This document shows, in pieces, positions 25,337 to 32,607 of a stretch of DNA of 32,607 nucleotides. Within the stretch, counting starts at the first letter, position 1; each line of letters begins with the position of its first letter. This stretch comes from an uncultured Methanosarcinales archaeon (GTDB taxonomy: Archaea > Nanobdellota > Nanobdellia > Woesearchaeales > SKGA01): positions 1 through 32,607 of the forward strand of contig CAZRUJ010000004.1 of NCBI GenBank assembly GCA_964603345.1. The letters are read 5' to 3'. The notes under the pieces were generated by a model. The model was not told where the DNA came from. It did no database searches and worked only from the letters and a program-made list of their open reading frames with translations. A program made the translations under genes and the position numbers.

Positions 25337-25771
25337 TCATGATATTAGTTGAGAGCAATTCGTATTTTCGTTGAGTTTGAATGACTTATCTCCGATACCG
25401 GCTGTACCGTTCAGTGCTTTGAGATTGCCTTCCGAATCTCGCAGATATATACAGAAATCGCCTTTGACACCAAGCTGTTTCTTGAGATTGTCATAATCTT
25501 CTGATTTCAGCTCATCCACATTTTCGTTGACTATCATTCCGTTACGAGTGATACAAACATCATTATCGTCGACATCACAATCGAGCTTTGTGCTAATCAG
25601 TCTCGCTTCGCCTGATAGATGTTTCACTTCATCATCCTCTGTTGAAGAATCAGAAAGATATGCATAGAATATTCCCACGACAACAATGAACAAAACGACA
25701 GCAATAATAAGGTCGAATGACCATGTTTGCCCACCTCTTTGTCCGTATAACACTTTAAGCACCTGACACAC
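25337..25771 (-). CDS. Possible class III signal peptide (pilin-like) secreted protein
   Basis: ..YGQRG|GQTWSFDLIIAVVLFIVVVGIFYAYL. Only GTG starts are available (25771, 25762 or 25753), so the start is uncertain. Confidence 0.55.
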   Translation of the reverse strand: MCQVLKVLYGQRGGQTWSFDLIIAVVLFIVVVGIFYAYLSDSSTEDDEVKHLSGEARLISTKLDCDVDDNDVCITRNGMIVNENVDELKSEDYDNLKKQLGVKGDFCIYLRDSEGNLKALNGTAGIGDKSFKLNENTNCSQLIS

Positions 25772-25842
25772 GAGTCACGACAATAATTTAAATAGTTTTT
25801 GAAAAAGACATATGTTGTGTGTGTATTAATAGGTAACTACAT

Positions 25843-25904
25843 CCTTTATAATGATTTAGAAACTTTTATAAAAAAAACACGTTCAAAACGAAACATTTAT
25901 AAAG
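25843..25904. promoter_or_regulatory. Cluster of three consensus TATA-like boxes in the divergent region upstream of tfb
   Basis: cctttataat (25843-25852), cttttataaaa (25863-25873) and catttataaag (25894-25904). Confidence 0.4.
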
Positions 25905-25998
25905 TTCTGTTTTATTTTTCCTAAATATTATTGAAAATATCATATAGGTTGCATCATAATGGTTGATGTCGCCTGTATTTTTAAGGGGGAAATAAGCA

Positions 25999-26937
25999 AT
26001 GTCATCTTTTGTCAAACGCTGCCCTGAATGTGGTAGTCTGGATTTATCTCATAATAAGGAAAAAGGAGAAATTGTCTGTAAGGAATGTGGTCTTGTCATT
26101 GAAGACAAGATGGTTGATTTCGATCAGGAATGGAGGGAATTTGATAGTGAGGCTGCTGCCAAGAAGCGTCGAACAGGAGCTCCATCCACATACACGCAAT
26201 TTGATCAGGGTCTTGGAACTGATGTTGGTCGGAAAGCTGATCTGTATAAGTTCGGCGGTAAGACTAAGAACAAATTCTTTCGGCTTCGTAAATGGCAACA
26301 ACGTATCTCGACTGCTATTGAGAGGAATCTGAAACTTGCTTTATCCGAACTCAAAAGAGTTTCTTCATTTCTCAGGCTCCCGAGTTCTGTTGAGGAAGAG
26401 GCAAGCCGTATTTACACATTAGCCGTCCAGAAAGGATTGGTTCGTGGCCGGAGCATGGAAAGTGTTGTCGCTGGAGCTCTATATGCAGCTTGTCGACGTC
26501 ACGATGTCCCTCGGACACTTGATGAATTAGGTGAAGCGAGTGGTATTGAGAAAAAAGAGATCGGTCGTACGTACAGGTTCATCACACGAGAACTCGGTAT
26601 CAAGATCATGCCAAGCAACCCAGCTGACTATATCGCGCGCTTTGCAAGCGCTCTCAAGCTCAGTGCTGAAACACAGAGTCGTAGCGTCGAGATCATAGAA
26701 GAAGCGCAAAGCGTGGAGCTCACAAGCGGTCGCGGTCCGACTGGAATCGCTGCAGCTGCATTGTATGTCGCGGCACTTATCAACGGTGAAAAGAGGACGC
26801 AGCGGGAAGTCGCTGATATTGCTGGAGTGACTGAAGTCACCATCCGTAATCGCTATAAGGAATTGCTTGATGAACTAGATCTTGAAAAAGAGATTAAGAA
26901 AATCAAGAAAAAGAAAGCGAAAGAAGTTGTTATCTGA
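25999..26937 (+). CDS. tfb: Transcription initiation factor B (TFB/TFIIB)
   Basis: N-terminal Zn ribbon CPECGS..CKECG. B-reader/linker EWREFD and two cyclin-fold repeats (RSMESVVAGALYAACR.., GRGPTGIAAAALYVAA..). The SD sequence aaggggg lies upstream. Confidence 0.95.
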   Translation: MSSFVKRCPECGSLDLSHNKEKGEIVCKECGLVIEDKMVDFDQEWREFDSEAAAKKRRTGAPSTYTQFDQGLGTDVGRKADLYKFGGKTKNKFFRLRKWQQRISTAIERNLKLALSELKRVSSFLRLPSSVEEEASRIYTLAVQKGLVRGRSMESVVAGALYAACRRHDVPRTLDELGEASGIEKKEIGRTYRFITRELGIKIMPSNPADYIARFASALKLSAETQSRSVEIIEEAQSVELTSGRGPTGIAAAALYVAALINGEKRTQREVADIAGVTEVTIRNRYKELLDELDLEKEIKKIKKKKAKEVVI

Positions 26938-27229
26938 ACTCGCATCCTTGTTCTTTTATCTTTATTCTTCTATAACGTTTTTTGTTTTGTTGTTTCGTAT
27001 CGAGGTTTTTTATTTTTTGCCTAAAACAATTGAAGAAAAACAAACATTTTTAAACAAGTGGTTCTTGAGTTTGTGACAGGGGTATGGCAAGGTTCGGAGT
27101 AGGTTCTACATCTCGGATGCTTGTCTCATATGATTGTATTGCACAACAAAAACAGGGCCTTCCATTCTTGGATGGTTGTTTGCCGTGAATAAAGTTAGTA
27201 TTTTCGCAATAGGATGATAGTATTATAAC

Positions 27230-27721
27230 GTGATACATGTGGTTCGATCGAAAATAGCAAAAGACACACCGCTTTCTGAAGTGACGCTTCGAAAATACGA
27301 ACGACCTAATGGTTTAACTGGTCGATCATTGGTCCGTAAATTCTGTTTGACTGTCGGGTTGCTTCAACCGGGTGATTCAAGGGACGTCGTTGTTGACGTT
27401 TTGCATGTGATGCTTCAGAACAAAGATAACAAGCCGTTAACGAGCAAACAGGTCGAGGAACTTGTCATAAAGAATCGTGAAGAGCACAACATAGAACAAT
27501 TTGGTATTGCACCGTCGAATATCCGCAGACAGCTTCTCAGGTGTAGGGAATTATTTCTTGTGGAAAAGGTGAAAGCGGCCTATCGGATTACGGAAAACCT
27601 TTCTTTTTCTGAGATTTATGCTGAAAAATTGAAGAATTATTATCTTAAGACTATTCTTGATAGGACTGAAGAGTATATGAGAACGATTGATAAGGAATTT
27701 TTCAGGAATCGAGAGATATGA
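27230..27721 (+). CDS. Conserved archaeal winged-helix-like protein (putative DNA-binding regulator)
   Basis: SEVTLRKYERPNGLTGRSLVRKFCLTVGLLQPGDSRDVVVDVLHVML resembles a conserved archaeal wHTH family, but I cannot name the family with certainty. GTG start (27230 or 27239). Confidence 0.5.
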   Translation: MIHVVRSKIAKDTPLSEVTLRKYERPNGLTGRSLVRKFCLTVGLLQPGDSRDVVVDVLHVMLQNKDNKPLTSKQVEELVIKNREEHNIEQFGIAPSNIRRQLLRCRELFLVEKVKAAYRITENLSFSEIYAEKLKNYYLKTILDRTEEYMRTIDKEFFRNREI

Positions 27722-27809
27722 TTGTGTTTTGTTTGTAGAGAATATATTCTTCTCTTTCGAAATATATTTATTAGGAAGATGAACGCCATGTCAATAGAGG
27801 TATGGATTC

Positions 27810-28547
27810 ATGAGGACGACAAAAATCATTGCATACGGGGGAAGCATCATCATTCCGCAAAGGACATACAATCAAGACGCTATTGATAAGCTTGTCAGCA
27901 TCGCAGATGAACATCTTGATACAAGATTTGTCATTATCATAGGTGGTGGTATGTTATGTAGGAATATTAACAATAAGGTCAAGGATCTCCTTTCTCAAGC
28001 CCTTGATTCTGAAAAAGACATCAATACGGCTTTTGATGAGTTAGGAATCGCTGTTACGAAAATAAATGCGAGAACGGTTATCAGAAGACTCACTGCAAAG
28101 CTCGGTGTAAAAAGGATCCATCAGCAATACATTGATAATCCAGAACTCTTTCCGGAAACTGATGCGCAGATCATCATCGCAAGCGGTTTCAAACCAGGTG
28201 TTACAACTGATTATTGTATGATGCGCTTGGCAGAACTCTCAAACGCGTCATCAGCCATCAAAGTGTCAAATTTTCCTGTTGTTCTCGATGTCAAACCTAC
28301 TGAATTCAATAAGGATAAGGTATCATCATACAAGAAACTGACTGACATGACATGGTCTCGGATGAGATTGCTTGTCGGCGACACCGCAATGGCCGGCGGT
28401 AATTATCCACTTGATCCCCCTTCTGCAATGATTGGTCAACAGCTCAATCAAGAGAATGATTTCAGTTTGCTTATCGGAGAAGCGAAAGAGCTTGAGAATA
28501 TGGTTGCTGGATCAGATTTTTATGGGACAACAGTGCATGGTGAATGA
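27810..28547 (+). CDS. pyrH: Amino-acid-kinase-fold protein, likely archaeal-type UMP kinase
   Basis: KIIAYGGSIIIP.., FVIIIGGGMLCRN.., DELGIAVTKINARTVI fit the archaeal PyrH layout. Adjacent to, and overlapping, dut. Confidence 0.6.
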   Translation: MRTTKIIAYGGSIIIPQRTYNQDAIDKLVSIADEHLDTRFVIIIGGGMLCRNINNKVKDLLSQALDSEKDINTAFDELGIAVTKINARTVIRRLTAKLGVKRIHQQYIDNPELFPETDAQIIIASGFKPGVTTDYCMMRLAELSNASSAIKVSNFPVVLDVKPTEFNKDKVSSYKKLTDMTWSRMRLLVGDTAMAGGNYPLDPPSAMIGQQLNQENDFSLLIGEAKELENMVAGSDFYGTTVHGE

Positions 28548-29008
28548 TCATGGAAAAACGCAATAGAGGTTTTGAACCGTTGCGAGCACAACATGATAAT
28601 GATGAGCTTATCCTTCCACGGCGCATGACATCAGGAAGTGCCGCTTACGATCTTTTTTCCCTTGAAGATACAGATATAATGCCTGGTCGAAAACATGCTT
28701 TCCGGCTCGGTATCAAAGCTTATATGCAAGGTGATGAAGCGCTTTTTATCATCACTCGAAGCGGTAACGGTGCGAAACGACGAATCACTCTGGCAAACAA
28801 TGTCGGTTGCATCGATAGTGATTATTATGATAATCCTGATAACGAAGGCGAGATTATCGTCATGCTAGTCAATGATGGCACTGAGAATTTTAAAGTGAGA
28901 AAAGGAGATTCTATCGCCCAGGCTTTCTTCCAGAAGATTCTTTTTGTTGATGATGACTGTCCTCTTGACAAGAATAGGAAAGGTGGATTTGGATCAACCA
29001 CCATATAA
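28544..29008 (+). CDS. dut: dUTP diphosphatase (trimeric dUTPase family)
   Basis: PRRMTSGSAAYDL, ANNVGCIDSDYY, GDSIAQAFF and RKGGFGSTT motifs. ATG 28550 is probably the real start, because GGTGA at 28539-28543 gives 6-nt spacing. Confidence 0.85.
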   Translation: MIMEKRNRGFEPLRAQHDNDELILPRRMTSGSAAYDLFSLEDTDIMPGRKHAFRLGIKAYMQGDEALFIITRSGNGAKRRITLANNVGCIDSDYYDNPDNEGEIIVMLVNDGTENFKVRKGDSIAQAFFQKILFVDDDCPLDKNRKGGFGSTTI

Positions 29009-29042
29009 AGATTTATAATATAATAATCAGTTCACCGAGCAT

Positions 29043-29660
29043 ATGATACCCTTGAATACTGTTTATGACGTTCATGATGACACTTTATTGTTGTTTGATG
29101 CGCTTTGCGATAAGCTTGTTTCGTTGAGGGATTCTTTCTATAATGATAAGAAGCTTCGCCTTCTTGATATGGGTGCTGGTAGCGGTTATCTTGGTTTTGA
29201 AGCATACAAGCAAGGATGGATTGATGTGACGCTTGTCGATAAGAATCCTGAAGCTGTCAATCACATGAAGATGTTAGTTGAAGAGGAAGATCTTTCTCTT
29301 ATCGTCATCGAGAGCGACCTGTTCAAATCGCTTCCATCTGGACAGACATTCGATCTTATCATATTCAACACCCCTTATCTTCCTTTTGATACTGATTGGG
29401 ATGAGCACGACATGTCTATTCACGGTGGTCTTAAAGGTAACGAAGTGACTCTTGCATTTCTCGATCAGGTTGCATCATATCTTTCTCCTGACGGATCCAT
29501 ACTTCTTCTCTTCAGTTCGTTGAGCACTCCGGGGGACATATTAGAAAAAGCTGACAAACTCGGTTTTTCCTATACTGAAGTTGCCTCCAAAAACTTATTT
29601 TTCGAACGATTGTTCGTCTACGAATTCAAACGTCGAGGTGCTGTCAATGTCATCGGTTGA
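29043..29660 (+). CDS. HemK-related / Mtq2-type SAM-dependent (N5-glutamine) methyltransferase
   Basis: LDMGAGSGYLG (SAM motif I) and IIFNTPYLP (NPPY-type motif IV). About 200 aa, an archaeal hemK-related size. Confidence 0.75.
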   Translation: MIPLNTVYDVHDDTLLLFDALCDKLVSLRDSFYNDKKLRLLDMGAGSGYLGFEAYKQGWIDVTLVDKNPEAVNHMKMLVEEEDLSLIVIESDLFKSLPSGQTFDLIIFNTPYLPFDTDWDEHDMSIHGGLKGNEVTLAFLDQVASYLSPDGSILLLFSSLSTPGDILEKADKLGFSYTEVASKNLFFERLFVYEFKRRGAVNVIG

Positions 29661-30315
29661 TCCGAGAATCGATGAGAATCGATTGGAACGATCGCTTCCC
29701 CCATCTTGTTCGGATACTTCCATTCTCGATAGCGGCAAACGCGGTATTGTTTTCAAAGCCATTTATGGCGGAGAATTTGTTGCTATAAAAATATCTCATC
29801 CTTTATCGAAAGCTCTTGATCGCATAAGCAATGAAGCAAGAATGCTTGGAAAAGTCAATAAGCTTAGTATTGGTCCGAAACTATTGGATTGGACTTCAGA
29901 ATATGTTATGATGGAATATATCGAAGGAAAGCGGATCGGTGATATTTTCAAGGATGATGACTTAGATGCTGATGATCTCAGGCGAATCATACAGAGAGTC
30001 CTTGAGCAATTATTCATTCTCGATAAAAACAATATCAACAAGCAGGAAATGACACGACCCTACAAACATATCATTGTAAAAAAGGATCTTTCTCCGGTGC
30101 TCATCGATTTTGAACGAGCGAAATATTCGCAAAGACCTGCAAACATCACTCAATTCGCCCAATATCTCACCAGTTCAACTATTTTAGAAACATTATCCCG
30201 AAAAGGATTGCTACCTTCCAAGAACTTGTTTTTAGATTTTGTGGCTGGATACTGGCAGGCGATAGGTAGTGTTGATGCTGATGAATTCTTTTACAGATTG
30301 TTAAGGACCATTTGA
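29647..30315 (+). CDS. Small atypical protein kinase (RIO/Bud32-like, COG2112-type)
   Basis: ATG 29647 overlaps the previous gene by 14 nt (track ORF starts at 29581). G-loop LDSGKRGIVFKA, FVAIKI lysine, hinge MEYIEG, and KHIIV..VLIDFERA. Confidence 0.65.
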   Translation: MSSVDPRIDENRLERSLPPSCSDTSILDSGKRGIVFKAIYGGEFVAIKISHPLSKALDRISNEARMLGKVNKLSIGPKLLDWTSEYVMMEYIEGKRIGDIFKDDDLDADDLRRIIQRVLEQLFILDKNNINKQEMTRPYKHIIVKKDLSPVLIDFERAKYSQRPANITQFAQYLTSSTILETLSRKGLLPSKNLFLDFVAGYWQAIGSVDADEFFYRLLRTI

Positions 30316-30317
30316 CT

Positions 30318-31289
30318 TTATATTGTCATGACAGAGGCAAGGTGGATGACATAAGCGAAAAAGCCTGCAAACAACAAGAGCATGGTAAATGCGTGAAAAC
30401 GGGTCAATGTCTTTCGTTTGATCAGGAACATCAGAACGAGAATGCTAGTGGCAAGCAAGAAGAAGATGAGCTCCATACGTTCGAAAACGATGTTAAGCGG
30501 ACCGTTGAGGACATTCCATGCAATAATGGGGACTGAAAGACCGCCTAAGATATCAAATATGTTCGATCCGAAGACATTGGAAGCGGCATCATCAACATTA
30601 CCTTTACGCGCATTAGCTATCGATATGATAGCATCAGGAAGGGATGTAGCCGTAGCGACAATTGTAAACGAGATAATAAGAGGGTGTATTCCCACATTCT
30701 CAGAAAAGAGAATAGCGTGTTTTGTTAAGAAATAGGTTGCAATAGTCATCAAAGCCAATGAGATAAAACCAATAAAAAAATCTTTTTTTGGATAAGATAT
30801 GTTTTTTTGCGTATTTTTCTTACGAAATGCCTTTGAATCTGTCTTGAGATACCATACATACCACACATAGATGGCAAGGAATATGAGGGGGATAAGAAAA
30901 CTCCATCGCACGATGAATGTTAAGGCTGTAAGAAGGGCAAAGACAGCAATGATATAAAATAGTGAATCTCGTTCTATGACTTCTCTTGTGACTGTGAAAG
31001 CGACAGGAGCGACAAGGACACAGATTGCGGGGATGATAAGAAGATTGAACAAGGCCGAACCTGCAATCGTTCCTATACCAACATCAAATGAGTTAAAAAA
31101 GATAACTCCAAAAAGCGCAACGAGAAATTCGGGAAGTGAACTTGAAATAGCATCAAGAGTCGCTCCTTTAACAGAAGGGGACATGCCAAGATATGATCCT
31201 ATTCTTGAGGATCGGGCTGCAAAATCATTGCCTGTAAAAAATATGATGACGGCTGTCACGATAATGACTGATAAGGAAAGCACTTCCAT
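30318..31289 (-). CDS. Ca2+/cation antiporter (CaCA, NCX_Mj/YrbG-like)
   Basis: Alpha-repeat signatures GATLDAISSSLPEF and ATATSLPDAIISI. About 10 TM helices. Its stop lies 2 nt from the convergent kinase stop. Confidence 0.8.
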   Translation of the reverse strand: MEVLSLSVIIVTAVIIFFTGNDFAARSSRIGSYLGMSPSVKGATLDAISSSLPEFLVALFGVIFFNSFDVGIGTIAGSALFNLLIIPAICVLVAPVAFTVTREVIERDSLFYIIAVFALLTALTFIVRWSFLIPLIFLAIYVWYVWYLKTDSKAFRKKNTQKNISYPKKDFFIGFISLALMTIATYFLTKHAILFSENVGIHPLIISFTIVATATSLPDAIISIANARKGNVDDAASNVFGSNIFDILGGLSVPIIAWNVLNGPLNIVFERMELIFFLLATSILVLMFLIKRKTLTRFHAFTMLLLFAGFFAYVIHLASVMTI

Positions 31290-31905
31290 GATAGAAAAAA
31301 ACGAAATGACAAATATATAAATATATTGCTTAGGAGAGCAAGAAACGAAAAATAATATAAGTTGTATTTTTTGTTGTGATGAAGGGGAATGCTGTTATAG
31401 TTGAGAACACAGTTTGCTTTCCGTGGAACTAATGTATCTTTTTTTATTTTCACACATAACAGGTGTTACTTCCCCGTTGGGTCTGTCAATAGGATGATCT
31501 TAACATCCATAGAAAAATTCGTGAAGATGTTGGTTTTGAGAATGCTTTTGAATTAAGAGAAGAACTCACCTCCAACATAAACTGTTTTGGTCATGAATTC
31601 GCTTCTATTTTCATCAGGATGAGCGGTTATGAAGATATTGATCCTGTTGATATGCTAGCAATAAAATACGTCGACACTCAATTTGAAAAAATATTCTGGT
31701 TTATATAACCTCATTATCCCTTTTGCAAAAAAACTTTCTTATGAAAGGATTTTTAGTTGTTCATAATAGTTTTTTCTCCATTATGATTGTATTGTCTTTG
31801 AGTTCAACAAGTGTTGAAGTTATCGACAGGTATTTTTATAAAGACGACATCCTTTAATGCAGTATTAGCATAATATTTTGAATACTTATATGAAAGGTGA
31901 GATTA

Positions 31906-32607
31906 ATGAAGATGACAACAACGATATTATCAGTTCTTACGATCATCGCTTTTTTTGCGATGCTACTTTTTACATCATGTGACATGCAACAAGAATCATC
32001 TGATGCTGCGTTGCGGACTGGATTGTCGGTTGAGGATATGAAAAGTTCTCAGACGATGGATGTCTTTACAAGCGAAGATGAATATGTTAAGTTCGTCTCA
32101 ACATTTGATCGATCGACGTATAATGCATATTCTGGAATTTCTGATTCAAGAGCGTCGACAAAGATGATCACTTCTGATGGTGCTATGGAATCTGGCACTG
32201 CTATGCCTGAAAATGATGAGTATTCACTGACCAACAACCAGGAAGCGGGTGTTGATGAAGCTGACATGATAAAAAACGACGGCAATTATATCTACACTAT
32301 TGATAGGAATACGGTGCGTATCGTCAAGGCAATGCCTGCTGAAAATGCCACGACTATCGCCAATCTTGATTTTGAGAAGAAACCGAAAGGAATTTTTATT
32401 TCGGATGATCGGCTTCTGATTTTATTAGATGGGCGGTCCTTACAATCTGAAATGTTGGATTTCAAGCCGTGGGATGGATTCACTGAAGTCCTTATCTACG
32501 ATATATCATCTCGCGATAATCCCCGATTGCTCACCAATTATTCTTTTGTAGGCAGGTATGAGACTGCTCGGATGAGTGGCGATCATGCATACATCGTTAC
32601 ACGAAGC
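31906..32607 (+). CDS. Secreted beta-propeller domain protein (COG4880/Beta_propel-like), lipobox-like N-terminus; C-terminus cut by window edge
   Basis: AGGTGA lies 6 nt before ATG 31906. Open to the window end and not in the track. MKMTTTILSVLTIIAFFAMLLFTSC; EYSLTNNQEAGVDEADMIKNDGNYIYTIDRNTVRIV matches the family N-terminal signature. Confidence 0.75.
   Translation, partial: MKMTTTILSVLTIIAFFAMLLFTSCDMQQESSDAALRTGLSVEDMKSSQTMDVFTSEDEYVKFVSTFDRSTYNAYSGISDSRASTKMITSDGAMESGTAMPENDEYSLTNNQEAGVDEADMIKNDGNYIYTIDRNTVRIVKAMPAENATTIANLDFEKKPKGIFISDDRLLILLDGRSLQSEMLDFKPWDGFTEVLIYDISSRDNPRLLTNYSFVGRYETARMSGDHAYIVTRS

Noticed and set aside
26938-27229. Candidate small RNA, or the 62-aa minus ORF 27050-27238, in the long tfb-downstream intergenic region
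   Set aside because: Only short local hairpins (GTAG-GTT-CTAC, CCAT..ATGG). No C/D or H/ACA boxes and no tRNA-like arms. The ORF has no start context. Not supportable without covariance or expression data.
31493-31708. 71-codon stop-to-stop open frame (DDLNIHRKIREDVGFENAFELREEL..GYEDIDPVDMLAIKYVDTQFEKIFWFI) in the 600-nt intergenic region
   Set aside because: It looks protein-like, but it has no in-frame ATG, GTG or TTG before codon 43. The same frame upstream carries three stops (31430, 31457, 31490). It may be a C-terminal gene remnant, but I cannot support a feature call.

Overview
AT-rich archaeal chromosomal window. The sequence itself shows it is archaeal. It has a TFB gene (25999-26937), tRNA genes interrupted by bulge-helix-bulge (BHB) introns, and TTTATAAA-type promoter boxes about 25-35 nt upstream of starts. 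It also has GGTGA Shine-Dalgarno sites and DUF361-type class III (type IV pilin-like) signal peptides. The compact gene layout and the many secreted or surface proteins fit a small-genome DPANN-like archaeon, but that is inference only. I annotate about 36 protein genes. Housekeeping genes: polyprenyl synthase, family-4 UDG, UMP-kinase-like protein, dUTPase, HemK/Mtq2-type methyltransferase, small atypical kinase, macro domain, JAMM. Transporters: BASS, DAACS/GltP, CaCA. Envelope proteins: an edge-truncated LamG giant protein, a PKD-containing S-layer-like protein, an edge-truncated beta-propeller lipoprotein, a Kazal-domain lipoprotein and pilin-like proteins. Three tRNA genes (Val-UAC, Glu-CUC, Lys-CUU) each carry two introns. 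I found no CRISPR array, integrase, transposase, reverse transcriptase or recognisable defence or toxin system. Five things deserve a second look. (1) A cassette-like locus at 9.8-13.0 kb, where three genes share a near-identical promoter, leader and membrane anchor but have divergent Cys-containing heads, flanked by an intact and a decayed copy of a convergent lipoprotein gene. (2) An orphan, perfectly conserved T-arm/acceptor/CCA piece plus older remnants downstream of tRNA-Val. (3) Same-position 59/60 T-loop introns in tRNA-Glu and tRNA-Lys, and a tandem duplication of the tRNA-Glu 3' end. (4) A membrane-anchored, apparently extracytoplasmic JAMM protease next to a macro-domain gene and two possibly paralogous acidic proteins. 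(5) A Kazal-type inhibitor domain on an archaeal lipoprotein. None of these is shown to be novel. All function calls rest on motif recognition by eye, without database searches.
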